A stretch of 64,000 bases of DNA from an uncultured Armatimonadetes bacterium (GCA_963716175.1 OY970296.1:4160001-4224000), one strand, 5' to 3'; counted from the stretch's first letter, positions 39,427 through 49,516 are shown. Numbers and translations: made by a program. Notes: generated from the letters alone by a model not told the origin.

Positions 39427-42423
39427 GTGAGAGTCGAGACCATCAAGCAGGTTTTCCGAAACCCAGGGAGCGAATGGCGGGGCGCGCCGTTCTGGTCCTG
39501 GAACGACGACCTGGACCCGGCGGAGCTGCGCTGGCAAGTGCAGGAGATGAAGCGGGGCGGGCTGGGCGGCTTCTTCATGCACAACCGCATCGGGCTGGTG
39601 ACTCCGTTCATGGGGGAGCGGTGGATGGAGTGCACCGCCGCCACCGTGGACGAGGCGCGCAAGCAGAAGATGCAGGCCTGGCTCTACGACGAGGACCGCT
39701 GGCCGAGCGGGTTCGGCGGGGGGCTGGTGGTGAAGCGGAACGCGGAGTTCGGGTCCAAGTACCTGGCGCTCGCCAGGCCGCAGGCTGGGAGCCTGGGCTA
39801 CCGGTTTGCGGTGCGACGGGAGAAGGGCCAGGTCTGCTCCTACCGGAGGCTGGGGGCGGCCGAGGAGCCGGGGCCGGGAGAGGAGCTGCAGCAGTTCCAG
39901 GTGGCGACCGCGTCGCCCACAGGCTGGTTCAACGACGGGCCCTATGCGGACAACATGAACCCGGAGTCAGTGAAGGCGTTCATCGAGATCTGCTACGAGC
40001 CCTACCGGAAGCGCTTCTCCAAGGAGTTCGGCAAGACCATCCCGGGGATCTTCACGGATGAGCCCAACATCTCGAGTGGGGCCGGCGGCGAGCACGTGCC
40101 CTGGACCGGCCGCCTGCCGGAGGAGTTCCAGCGCCGCCGCGGCTACGAGCTGATGGAGCGCCTGCCGGAGCTGTTCTCCGGGCACCCGGCGTTCTTCCAG
40201 ACCAGGCACGATTTCTGGCGGACGGTCACGGAGCTGTTCGCGGAGGCCTACTGCCAGCAGCTCGGCGAGTGGTGCGAGCGGAACAAGCTGGAACTGACCG
40301 GTCACATGCTGTGCGAGCAGGAGTTCGAGCAGGAGATCCCGGTGGGCGGGGCGGCGATGCCCAGCCTGGAGTACATGCAGCGGCCGGGCATTGACATCCT
40401 CACCCAGCAGACGCGGGAGACGCTCACCTGCAAGCAGGCATCGAGCGCGGCCCACCAGATGGGGCGGGGCCGCACTTTGAGCGAGACCTACGGCACCTCC
40501 GGCTGGCAGATGAGCTTCGAGGCGCAGAAGTGGTCGGGCGATTGGCAGACCGTGCTGGGGATCAGCACCCGGTGCCAGCACCTCACCCCCTATTCCCTCC
40601 GCGGCATGAGGAAGCGGGACTACCCGCCGACCTTCTTCTACCACCAGCCCTGGTGGCCGTACTTCCCGGTGGTCGAGGACTACTTCGCGCGGGCTTGCTT
40701 CTTCACGTCGGTGGGTGAACCGGTGCGGGAGGTGCTGCTCCTGCACAATATCGCGACGGCCTGGGGAGATGCGCCCGATGCCGCCACCCGCGGGCGGCAC
40801 GGCGAGCACCTGAACCAACTGGCGGAGGGTTTGTTGGCCCTGCACTACGATTTCGACCTGGGTGACGAGATCATGATGGCGCGGCATGGGTCGGTGAAAG
40901 GCCGCCAGCTCGTGGTCGGCGAGGCGGCCTACAGGCTGGTGGTGATCCCGGAGAGTGAGAGCATCTTCGCCACCACCGCGGAGCTGCTGCGCCGCTTCCT
41001 GGCGGCAGGCGGGAAGGTGATCGCGATGCGACGCCGGCCCACGCGGATCGAGGGCAAGCCCGCGCCAGAGCTGGACCAGCTGTTCGCCCATGAAGGGGTG
41101 ATCCAGATCACGCCCGCGCGGGAGGAGCTGGAGGATGCCCTGCGCGCGTCTCTGCCTCGCCGGGTCTCGATCACGGCGGAGGCGGGGCGAGAGGTGGGGG
41201 CGGTGATCCACCAAGAGCGCAGGCATCAGGGCCGCAGCTACCTCATGCTGGCCAATCGCGATCGCGAGGCCGGCTACCGGCTGACGGTGGAGCTGACCGG
41301 CGAAGGCGGCGTGGAGCAATGGGACCTGGAGACAGGCAAGACGGCGGCGATCCCGGCCCGCGCGGCCGGAGGCAAGACGGTAGTGGAGCTGGAGCTGCCG
41401 CCCACCGGGTCCGCGGCCTTAGTGCTGGATGCAAAGAGGAGGCCGCTGAGGGGCCGGCGCAAGCAGCCGGAGGTGGTCAAGGAGATCGCCCTCGGGGAGC
41501 AGTGGCAAGTGCGCCGCTCCCGCGAGAACAGCCTGATGCTGGATCGGTGCCAGTGGCGCTTTGCCGGCGGGGCCTGGTCTGATTGGATGCCGGTGTGGGT
41601 GGCACAGAAGCAGCTCCGGCAACAGATGGGGTTGATTGACATCTCCCACTCCGGGATCGCTCAGCCCTGGGTGCGATACGCCAGACCGAGTCGGGTGCCG
41701 CCGCGCCGGGTGGAGCTGCGGGCCACGTTCCGCGTGGACAAGCTGCCGGCCGCGGGCATTGATCTGGTGCTGGAATCGGCGGAGCTGTTCGCGATCTCGG
41801 TCAACGGGAAGGCGGTCGCGGGCAAGGCGAAGGGATGGTGGCTCGAGAAGAGCATGGACCGCGTCGGCCTGGCGAAGGTGCGGCGAGGCGAGAACGAGCT
41901 GGTGCTGGCCTGCGACTATCGGGACGCGCCGCAGTACGAGCTGGAGGAGTGCTATCTGATCGGCGATTTCGGCGTGGACCGGAAAACGGATGCCATCGTG
42001 GCCGAGCCGGCCTCGCTGCGCCTCGGGGACTGGTGTGACCAGGGCTATCCCTACTATGCCGGGAACCTGTGCTACGGGCAGCAAGTGAACCTGCGGCTGA
42101 AAGCTGGCGAGCGAGCGATGGTGAAGGTGGGACGGCACTTCGGGACTTGCGTGGCGTTTCATGTCAACGGCCGGCTGGCGAGCGTCCGGGGTTGGGCGCC
42201 CTATGAAGCTGACATCACCCCGTGGGTGAAGCCGGGGCGCAACGAGATCGAGGTGGAGGTCTGCGGCAGCCCGCGGAATCTGCTGGGCCCGAACCATTTG
42301 CCGGAGCGGCGCCCGGGGTGGACGGGGCCGGGCGAGTTCATCCGCCTGGAGGACTGGGTGCTGGCGCGCAACCTGGTCCCCTACGGGCTCTTCGGCGAGG
42401 TAACGCTAGAGATCAGGAAGTGA
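39427..42423 (+). CDS. Glycoside hydrolase, GH106 (alpha-L-rhamnosidase)-like
   Basis: APFWSWND, GGFFMH, WLYDEDRWPSG, GIFTDEP, PGID, SETYG. Confidence 0.82.
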   Translation: MRVETIKQVFRNPGSEWRGAPFWSWNDDLDPAELRWQVQEMKRGGLGGFFMHNRIGLVTPFMGERWMECTAATVDEARKQKMQAWLYDEDRWPSGFGGGLVVKRNAEFGSKYLALARPQAGSLGYRFAVRREKGQVCSYRRLGAAEEPGPGEELQQFQVATASPTGWFNDGPYADNMNPESVKAFIEICYEPYRKRFSKEFGKTIPGIFTDEPNISSGAGGEHVPWTGRLPEEFQRRRGYELMERLPELFSGHPAFFQTRHDFWRTVTELFAEAYCQQLGEWCERNKLELTGHMLCEQEFEQEIPVGGAAMPSLEYMQRPGIDILTQQTRETLTCKQASSAAHQMGRGRTLSETYGTSGWQMSFEAQKWSGDWQTVLGISTRCQHLTPYSLRGMRKRDYPPTFFYHQPWWPYFPVVEDYFARACFFTSVGEPVREVLLLHNIATAWGDAPDAATRGRHGEHLNQLAEGLLALHYDFDLGDEIMMARHGSVKGRQLVVGEAAYRLVVIPESESIFATTAELLRRFLAAGGKVIAMRRRPTRIEGKPAPELDQLFAHEGVIQITPAREELEDALRASLPRRVSITAEAGREVGAVIHQERRHQGRSYLMLANRDREAGYRLTVELTGEGGVEQWDLETGKTAAIPARAAGGKTVVELELPPTGSAALVLDAKRRPLRGRRKQPEVVKEIALGEQWQVRRSRENSLMLDRCQWRFAGGAWSDWMPVWVAQKQLRQQMGLIDISHSGIAQPWVRYARPSRVPPRRVELRATFRVDKLPAAGIDLVLESAELFAISVNGKAVAGKAKGWWLEKSMDRVGLAKVRRGENELVLACDYRDAPQYELEECYLIGDFGVDRKTDAIVAEPASLRLGDWCDQGYPYYAGNLCYGQQVNLRLKAGERAMVKVGRHFGTCVAFHVNGRLASVRGWAPYEADITPWVKPGRNEIEVEVCGSPRNLLGPNHLPERRPGWTGPGEFIRLEDWVLARNLVPYGLFGEVTLEIRK

Positions 42424-42462
42424 CGGCGGCATGCTCGCAGCGATAACGGGAATGAGTCGAGC

Positions 42463-43896
42463 ATGGCAGTGAGACCGCTACTGCTGGCGCCACCGCGCAT
42501 TCTCACCGACGCTGAACTCGAGAGGATCCACGAGGCGGCGGTTCGCATTCTCACAGAGCTGGGGCTGCGCGTCTACCACGAGGAGGCGCGCCAGCTTTGC
42601 CTGCGCGCCGGGATGCGAGTGGAAGGCGAGCGAGTCTTCCCCGACAAGCAGCGCATCGAGGAGCTGCTGGCGCGGACTCGGCGGGGATGGGAGGAGGAAG
42701 CGGCAGGCCCTTCGACTTCGCTCAGCCCAGGCCCGGAGCCACGGCTTACCCTCAGCGTCCCGATGTACTGTGAGTTCGTGCATGACCTGGAGACGGACGA
42801 GGTGGTCCCTTTCACCCGGGAACGGCTGATCGAGACCACCAAGTTCGTGGACACCATGGCCGGCCGGGGTGTCACGGGAGCCGCCCCCGGGATCCCTCAG
42901 GAGGTGCCGCCGGCACTGCACCGGCTGGAGCAGTACCGGATCGGGGCCCGCTACTCACGCCACGGTCGAAGGCCGGTGATGGAGGAGCTGTCGCCGCGGG
43001 CTTTCCCTTACTTGATGGACATGGCGGAGGTGCTGGGCCACCCCGTCCGCGGCCACGTGATCTATGTGATCAGCCCGCTCGCCCTCAGCCGGGAGTCACT
43101 GGAGGGGCTGACGGCCATTCTGCCGCGGCTGGAAAGCGTTTCGGTCTCCAACATGCTCTCGGTAGGCGGCACTGCGCCGGTCAGGCTGCCCCAGGCCCTG
43201 GCACTGGCGGCGGCGGAGGCGATGGGCGCCAGCATAGTGGTGGCCGCGTTCTCCGGGCTGCCGGTGGATTGGGGCGTGCGAGTCTGTCCCTTCGACCCGC
43301 GCACCATGGCCATGAGCCTGGGCTCGCCGGAGGAACTGCTGTTCCAGCGCGCCTCGGATGAGGTGACAACCTGGTACCACGGCTGGGATCCGGGGCCGCC
43401 CAGCGGCATGATCCACAGCCAGGCGAAGCTGCCCGACGCCCAGGCGGCAGCGGAGCGGATGTGCCAGATGACTATGGCCGCGCTGTGCGGGGCCCGCGAT
43501 TTCTACGGCGGCGGAGCGCTGTCACTGGACGAAGTGTTCAGCGCTGAGCAGTTGATCATTGACTGCGAGATCCGGGACCACTTGCAGCGCCTGGTGCGGG
43601 GGACGGAGACGGAGTGCGACCCGGAGGCCTGCCTCGCGGAGGTGGCGGCCGGCCTGGAGGGCGGCTTCCTCGGGCTGGAGAGCACCGCCTCCCGCTATCG
43701 TCAGATCTACTGGCTGCCGGCGCTGTTCGAGCGGCGGCGCTTCACCGGCTGGCAGGAGGCAGGCAGGCCGCGCTTGGGCGATCGGGCAAAGGAGATGGTG
43801 CGGGAGCAGCTCAAGCAGCACGACTACGAGCTGGCGCCCGAGCTGTGGAGGGAGCTGGACAGGATCTATGCGCGGGCGGAGCGGGAGCTGGTGTAG
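42463..43896 (+). CDS. Trimethylamine methyltransferase (MttB) family, non-pyrrolysine
   Basis: LERIHEAAVRIL.ELG, SPL, AKLPDAQAAAE, FSAEQLIIDCEI; no in-frame TAG. Confidence 0.82.
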   Translation: MAVRPLLLAPPRILTDAELERIHEAAVRILTELGLRVYHEEARQLCLRAGMRVEGERVFPDKQRIEELLARTRRGWEEEAAGPSTSLSPGPEPRLTLSVPMYCEFVHDLETDEVVPFTRERLIETTKFVDTMAGRGVTGAAPGIPQEVPPALHRLEQYRIGARYSRHGRRPVMEELSPRAFPYLMDMAEVLGHPVRGHVIYVISPLALSRESLEGLTAILPRLESVSVSNMLSVGGTAPVRLPQALALAAAEAMGASIVVAAFSGLPVDWGVRVCPFDPRTMAMSLGSPEELLFQRASDEVTTWYHGWDPGPPSGMIHSQAKLPDAQAAAERMCQMTMAALCGARDFYGGGALSLDEVFSAEQLIIDCEIRDHLQRLVRGTETECDPEACLAEVAAGLEGGFLGLESTASRYRQIYWLPALFERRRFTGWQEAGRPRLGDRAKEMVREQLKQHDYELAPELWRELDRIYARAERELV

Positions 43897-44101
43897 GGCG
43901 CGGCCTCCTGACCGCGCCTGGCGGGGTTCCTAGGCCTGGGGAGGCCGGGATGGCGGCTCGAAGGGCCTAGCCATCGGGGGACCCCGCCCTACTGACGACG
44001 GCCGGCGGGCCCCTCGGCTCCGCTCGGGGTGAACTGCGGCACGCCGTCCTAGAGACCGCCGTTTTCGCCCGGAGGACCGGGCTCCCACACCGCGGCTCCC
44101 A

Positions 44102-46018
44102 TCAGGATGAGGGCGGCTGGAGCTCCGGTCCCAGGTGAGCCAGGAACTGCTCGACGGGCTGGGAGCCGATGTCTCCCTGGCCGCGCTGGCGAACCGCGAC
44201 CGCACCGGCATTCTGCTCGCGATCCCCTACCACCAGCAGATAGGGAATCTTCTCCATCTCGCCATCTCTGATCTTGGCGCCCGTGGTGGCCTTGCGGTCG
44301 TCCACTTCGACGCGCACTCCGGCTTCGCCTAGCCGAGCCACCACCTGCCGGGCGTAGTCGTGATGGCGGTCGGCGATGGGCAGCAGGCGCACCTGCACCG
44401 GGGCCAGCCAGGTAGGGAAGGCGCCGGCGGTGTGCTCGATGAGGACGCCCAGGAATCGCTCCATCGAACCGAGGACGGTGCGGTGGATCATGAGGGGCGT
44501 GTGGCGCTGCCCATCGGGGGCCATGTACTCCATGTGGAAGCGGCTGGTGAGGTTGAAGTCGAACTGGATGGTGGGGCCTTGCGCCAGCCGGCCCATCGAG
44601 TCCCTCAGCTTGATGTCTATCTTGGGGCCGTAGAAGATGGCCTCGCCAGGGGCTCGTTTGTACTTGAGCCCGCGGCTTTCAATGGCCTCCAGCAGGGAAC
44701 GCTCGGCCAGCTCCCAGTCCTGATCCGACCCCATGTACTTGTCGCGGTCTGCGTCTCCGCGCACGCTCAGGTCCACCTCGAACTCCTGAAAGCCGAACGC
44801 CCTGAGCATGAACAGCGCGAAGTCGAGCACCTGCTTCACTTCCTCGCCGATCTGGTCCGGGGTGCAGATCAGGTGTGCGTCATCCTGGGTGAACCCGCGG
44901 ACGCGAATCAGGCCGTGGAGCACCCCCGACCGCTCGTAGCGGTAGACCGTGCCCAGCTCGCAGTAGCGGATCGGCAGCTCGCGATAGCTGCGCACCCGGC
45001 TCTTGTAGATGAGCACGTGGAAGGGGCAGTTCATGGGCTTGAGGCGATATTCGTCCTCCTCGATCATAATGGGGCCGTACATGCCCTCCCGGTAGAAGCT
45101 GAGGTGGCCGCTGGTCTCCCAGAGATGGGCGCGGGCGATGTGGGGGCTGAACACGAGCTGGTAGCCGCGCTTGGCGTGCTCTCGGTGCCAGAACTCCTCG
45201 ATCAGGTGGCGGATCAGCGCGCCCTTGGGATGCCAGAGCACGAGGCCGCCGCCCAGCGCCTCCGGCACGGAGAACAGATCCAGCTCCCGGCCCAGGCGGC
45301 GGTGATCGCGCCTTTCGGCCTCCTCCCGGAGCCGGAGGAACTCGTCGAGCTGGGCCTGGGTGGGGAAGGCGGTGCCGTAGATGCGCTGGAGCATGGGGTT
45401 GTGCTCGTCACCGCGCCAATAGGCGCCGGCTACGCTCAGCAGCTTGAAGGCCTTCAGCCGGCCGGTGGAAGGGAGATGAGGGCCGCGGCAGAGGTCGAGG
45501 AACCCGCCCTGGGAGTAAACTGACACCTGCTGGTCGGGCATATCCTCGAGCAGGGCGAGCTTGTACTTCTCATTGCGGGCGCGGAAGATGGCGATGGCCT
45601 CAGAGCGCGATAGCTCCTGCCGCTGAAGCGGGAGGTCGTCGGCGATGATCTCCTGCATGCGGGCCTCGATGCGCGCCAGGTCCTCGGGCTGAAATGCGGT
45701 GTGGGTATCGAAGTCATAGTAATAGCCGTCCTCGATGGCGGGGCCGATGGCGAGGCGGGCGTCGGGGAAGAGCGCTTGCACGGCCTGGGCCATGATGTGA
45801 GAGGCGGTGTGACGGTAGACCTCCCGCCCGGCCTCGTCCGCGAAGGTGAGGATTTCCACGCGGTCAGCCTCGGGCAGCGGCGCGGTGAGGTCGAGGAGCT
45901 GGCCGTCCGCCCGGGCCGCCACCGCGTCGGCCGCCAGGTCTGCGTGATAGCGCTGGAGCCAGTTGTGGAGACTGGCGGCCTCACGCTCCTTTGGCTTCAC
46001 CTCAACTATGTGGCCCAT
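44102..46018 (-). CDS. thrS: Threonine--tRNA ligase
   Basis: HTASH, DLCRGPH, RDHRRLG, KPMNCP, RVRGFTQDDAH, GSMERF. Confidence 0.98.
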   Translation of the reverse strand: MGHIVEVKPKEREAASLHNWLQRYHADLAADAVAARADGQLLDLTAPLPEADRVEILTFADEAGREVYRHTASHIMAQAVQALFPDARLAIGPAIEDGYYYDFDTHTAFQPEDLARIEARMQEIIADDLPLQRQELSRSEAIAIFRARNEKYKLALLEDMPDQQVSVYSQGGFLDLCRGPHLPSTGRLKAFKLLSVAGAYWRGDEHNPMLQRIYGTAFPTQAQLDEFLRLREEAERRDHRRLGRELDLFSVPEALGGGLVLWHPKGALIRHLIEEFWHREHAKRGYQLVFSPHIARAHLWETSGHLSFYREGMYGPIMIEEDEYRLKPMNCPFHVLIYKSRVRSYRELPIRYCELGTVYRYERSGVLHGLIRVRGFTQDDAHLICTPDQIGEEVKQVLDFALFMLRAFGFQEFEVDLSVRGDADRDKYMGSDQDWELAERSLLEAIESRGLKYKRAPGEAIFYGPKIDIKLRDSMGRLAQGPTIQFDFNLTSRFHMEYMAPDGQRHTPLMIHRTVLGSMERFLGVLIEHTAGAFPTWLAPVQVRLLPIADRHHDYARQVVARLGEAGVRVEVDDRKATTGAKIRDGEMEKIPYLLVVGDREQNAGAVAVRQRGQGDIGSQPVEQFLAHLGPELQPPSS

Positions 46019-46045
46019 GATTCACCTCTTTCCGTACGGTCATGG

Positions 46046-46084
46046 AAAAGCAAAACGCCCCCCGGAGCCAGCGACCGGGAGGCG
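46046..46084 (-). terminator. Attenuator terminator upstream of thrS
   Basis: CGCCTCCCGG-loop-CCGGGGGGCG followed by TTTTGCTTTT. Confidence 0.85.
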
Positions 46085-46113
46085 GAGACGTGCAGGAGCG
46101 CTCCCGGAACGGG

Positions 46114-46161
46114 CTAGGTAGTAGTGCCAGTGGTCGTCGTGCCGGCAAGTCTGGCGCTCAT
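46114..46161 (-). CDS. Thr-rich leader peptide MSARLAGTTTTGTTT
   Basis: GGAG SD, ATG, 7 Thr in the last 8 codons, TAG; not in the ORF track. Confidence 0.88.
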   Translation of the reverse strand: MSARLAGTTTTGTTT

Positions 46162-46184
46162 CGTTCTCCGTGTATGCAGACTTC

Positions 46185-46261
46185 TGGTGGGCGGTAGTGG
46201 ACTTGAACCACTGACCACCTGCATGTCAAGCAGGTACTCTAACCAACTGAGCTAACCGCCC
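46185..46261 (-). tRNA. tRNA-Val(GAC)
   Basis: GGGCGGTTAGCTCAGTTGG...CCTGC-TTGACAT-GCAGG...GGTTCAAGTCC...CCGCCCACCA. Confidence 0.97.
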
Positions 46262-46329
46262 ACGCCCGCCGTCTGCGGCGTTCCTTCGGAGCCGCCGCAT
46301 GGCTGAGCTAACCGCCCTTATGCAACCGG

Positions 46330-46358
46330 ATTATAGCAACGTGGGGCGGGGTTGTAAA
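46330..46358 (-). promoter_or_regulatory. Sigma70 promoter for tRNA-Val, leader and thrS
   Basis: TTTACA-17bp-TATAAT with extended -10 TG. Confidence 0.75.
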
Positions 46359-46417
46359 TGCAGCAGCGGCCACAGGCTGCGGCGGGCATGCGGAGACATG
46401 CCCGCCCTACAGAACGG

Positions 46418-47620
46418 CTAGGCCAGCCGGGTGTGCGCTTTTTGCATTCGCTCGCGCACGCGCACGCTCCAGGGGCAGACGGCGCTACATCCGGGGCAGC
46501 TCGCGCAGGCCGCGGCGGAGGTCCCCGGAGGGAGGCGGCGGTAGAGGGAGACGGCGCGAGCGCGGTGGCCGTAGCCGTCGTGGTAGAGCAGGTAGCGCAT
46601 GATGTCCGCCACCTTCACCCCGGCCGGGCACTGGCCGGCGCAGTCGCCGCAGAGACGGCAGAGGCCGGATGAGACGCTGGCAACGGCTTTCTCGAAGGCC
46701 TCCAGGTCCGTGTCGCTCGGGGTGTGGGAGGCCGCGGCGATGTCCTCCTCCAGCTCGTCGAAGCTGGGCATCTCGACCATCACGGCCGAGACATGGGCGT
46801 GCTTGAGCACCCACTGGATTGCCCGCTGGTAGGGATTACCGGGGAAGTCCTGGAGGCGGTGCGACTCCTTCGCGGCGTGCACGGGCTGGAGCGATTTCAT
46901 GGTGGCCACGGCGACACCGGCGGCGTGCGCCTCTTCCAGCAAGGGCCCGACCCGGTCGGCGGTCAGGATATTGTAGGGCACCAGCATGGCATCGAAGCGG
47001 CCAGTGTGGACCGCCGCGCGCATCAACTCGACCTGGTTCTCGTGCAGGCTGAGCCCGTTGAAGCGAACCTTGCCGGCCTGGCGGGCCTTGGCGAAAGCCT
47101 CCCACACCTCGTCGCTGTTGACCTGGGCCAGGCTGTCCGGCTGGTGAATCTGGATCAGCTCGACATGGTCCGTCCCCAGCCGGTTCAGGCTGCCGTCGAG
47201 TGAGGCGAGCAGTTCCGCGGCGGGGGTGTGCCCATCGGTGTGCCACTTGGTGGCCAGGATCGCCTGCTCGCGCCGAGCTCGCAGCGCCTTGCCCAGGAGG
47301 ATCTCACTGTTGCCCTCCTCGTAGCACTGGCAGGTGTCGAAGTAGTTCACCCCGAGGTCGAAGGCGCGCTGGATCACGGCCACGGTCAGGGCGATGGAGG
47401 TACCCATACCGAGCTGGGATACCTCGAGGCCGGTGCGGCCCAAGGGTCGGCGCTTGAGGGTGGCCTGGTCCGTTGGGCAGGACCTTGCCTCCTGCCCAGC
47501 TTTCGCGGCGGTGTGCGAGGTGCGAAGGCCGAGGCCCAGGCCGGCCGCGCCGACGGCCGCGGCCGCGCGGCGGAGGAAGTCGCGGCGGCTCAGGTTACGT
47601 TCATGCTGGTGGTGAGCCAA
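46418..47620 (-). CDS. Tat-exported aldo/keto reductase with C-terminal 4Fe-4S dicluster
   Basis: SRRDFL Tat motif; RRPLGRTG; NYFDT; CRLCGDCAGQCP, CASCPGCSAVCP. Confidence 0.88.
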   Translation of the reverse strand: MAHHQHERNLSRRDFLRRAAAAVGAAGLGLGLRTSHTAAKAGQEARSCPTDQATLKRRPLGRTGLEVSQLGMGTSIALTVAVIQRAFDLGVNYFDTCQCYEEGNSEILLGKALRARREQAILATKWHTDGHTPAAELLASLDGSLNRLGTDHVELIQIHQPDSLAQVNSDEVWEAFAKARQAGKVRFNGLSLHENQVELMRAAVHTGRFDAMLVPYNILTADRVGPLLEEAHAAGVAVATMKSLQPVHAAKESHRLQDFPGNPYQRAIQWVLKHAHVSAVMVEMPSFDELEEDIAAASHTPSDTDLEAFEKAVASVSSGLCRLCGDCAGQCPAGVKVADIMRYLLYHDGYGHRARAVSLYRRLPPGTSAAACASCPGCSAVCPWSVRVRERMQKAHTRLA

Positions 47621-47814
47621 TGCGGTCTCTCCATAAGGAAGGGCCTGTGTTCGCAGCGGGGAAGCTTGCCTCCTGCCAGCAAGAGTGTTATCCTCGGCAC
47701 GGGGACGAGCGACGGGGGTGAAGAGGACCGCGCGGGAGGGCCGTCGAATGTGGTTTGCTTCGCAAAGGACAGCAGGCGAGAGGCGGAGATAGCAGGGTGG
47801 AGGTGGAGACGACG

Positions 47815-49425
47815 ATGAGCGAGCACGATGCAGAGAGGACTCCCCGACACGGCCTGGAGCACCATGGATTCAGGAACATCGGCACCGTGTACTGGACTCT
47901 CACCACGCCCGCGCTCTACGAGCGGGTGATGCGAAGGCGGGAGGGGCTGATCGCGCACCTGGGGCCGATCGTGGTGCGCACGGGCGATCACACGGGGCGA
48001 TCGCCCAATGACAAGTTCATCGTGCACGAGCCATCATCGGCCGAGCATATCTGGTGGGGGCCGGTGAACCGCCCCTTCGCGGAGGACCACTTCAACAATC
48101 TCTACCACCGGCTGCTGGCCTACATCCAGGGCAAGGAGATCTTCGTCCAGGACTGCCAGGTCAGCGCTCACCCCGACTACAAGCTCCCGATTCGCGTGAT
48201 CACCGAGCACGCCTGGCAGAGCTTGTTCGCCCGCAACATGTTCATCCAGATCAGGGACCCGGACCAGCTCTGGAACCAGGTGCCGGAGTTCCGGGTGCTG
48301 TGCTTCCCCGGCTTCCACGCCATCCCGGAGGTGGACAACACCAACTCGGAGACCTTCATCATCGTCAACTTCGCGCAGAAGACGGTGATCATCGGGGGCA
48401 CCAGCTACGGGGGCGAGATCAAGAAGTCGGTGTTCACCATTCTCAACTACCTGCTGCCGCAGAACGCAGTATTGAGCATGCACTGCTCGGCCAATGTGGG
48501 ACCAGAGGGCGATGTGGCGATCTTCTTCGGGCTCTCGGGGACGGGGAAAACCAGCCTCTCGGCCGACCCCGAGCGGATGCTGATCGGGGACGACGAGCAC
48601 GGATGGTGCGATGACGGGATCTTCAACTTCGAGGGCGGATGCTACGCCAAGGTGATCCGCCTCTCGCCGGAGTCGGAACCAGATATCTACGAATGCACCC
48701 GCCGCTTCGGGACGGTGCTGGAGAACGTGGCGATTGACTCGGACACGCGGCGCTTGGATCTGGACGACGACTCGCTGACGGAGAACACGCGGGCCTGCTA
48801 TCCGCTCACTCACCTCGCCAATGTGGTGCGGAGCGGGAGGGGCGAGCACCCGAAGAACGTGGTCCTGCTCACCTGCGACGCTTTCGGCATCATGCCGCCG
48901 ATCGCGCGGCTCACCCCGGCACAGGCGATGTATCACTTCCTGTCCGGGTACACGGCCCGGGTGGCGGGCACGGAGCGGGGGATCAACGAGCCCAGAACGA
49001 CCTTCAGCGCCTGCTTTGGTTCGCCTTTCATGGCGCTGGCGCCGACGGTCTACACCAATATGTTCGGGGAGCGCATCCGCAAGCACGACGCCAGGTGCTG
49101 GCTGATCAACACCGGCTGGGTCGCCGGCCCCTATGGCGTGGGGCACCGGATAGACATCAAATCCACCCGCGCCATCATCCACGCCGCGCTCTCGGGTAAG
49201 CTGGACGAGGTGCCGGGCCGCCGGGACCCGCACTTCGGCCTGGATGTGCCTGTGACCTGCCCCGGGATAGATGCCAAGCTGCTGTCGCCGCGAGAGATGT
49301 GGAAAGACCCCAGCGGGTACGACCAGGCGGCGGCACGGCTGGCGGCGGCGTTCCGGGACAACCAGCGGGAGTTCGACGGGGGGATGTCGGAGGAGGTCAA
49401 GGCCGGCGCGCCGGGGGTGGGCTAG
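47815..49425 (+). CDS. pckA: Phosphoenolpyruvate carboxykinase (ATP)
   Basis: TGRSPNDKF, YGGEIKK, MHCSAN, GLSGTGKT, LIGDDEHGW, EGGCYAK. Confidence 0.97.
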   Translation: MSEHDAERTPRHGLEHHGFRNIGTVYWTLTTPALYERVMRRREGLIAHLGPIVVRTGDHTGRSPNDKFIVHEPSSAEHIWWGPVNRPFAEDHFNNLYHRLLAYIQGKEIFVQDCQVSAHPDYKLPIRVITEHAWQSLFARNMFIQIRDPDQLWNQVPEFRVLCFPGFHAIPEVDNTNSETFIIVNFAQKTVIIGGTSYGGEIKKSVFTILNYLLPQNAVLSMHCSANVGPEGDVAIFFGLSGTGKTSLSADPERMLIGDDEHGWCDDGIFNFEGGCYAKVIRLSPESEPDIYECTRRFGTVLENVAIDSDTRRLDLDDDSLTENTRACYPLTHLANVVRSGRGEHPKNVVLLTCDAFGIMPPIARLTPAQAMYHFLSGYTARVAGTERGINEPRTTFSACFGSPFMALAPTVYTNMFGERIRKHDARCWLINTGWVAGPYGVGHRIDIKSTRAIIHAALSGKLDEVPGRRDPHFGLDVPVTCPGIDAKLLSPREMWKDPSGYDQAAARLAAAFRDNQREFDGGMSEEVKAGAPGVG

Positions 49426-49516
49426 GCGCACGCTGGGCGTTTAACGAATCGCCCTTCGTCATTCACAGTTTCGTCACCCGCCTCTGCTAGGGTTTGAGCG
49501 GACCCGGCTGAGGGGA

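Noticed and set aside
46020-46184. T-box riboswitch upstream of thrS
   Set aside because: No UGGNACC T-box motif or Stem I; the leader peptide explains the region
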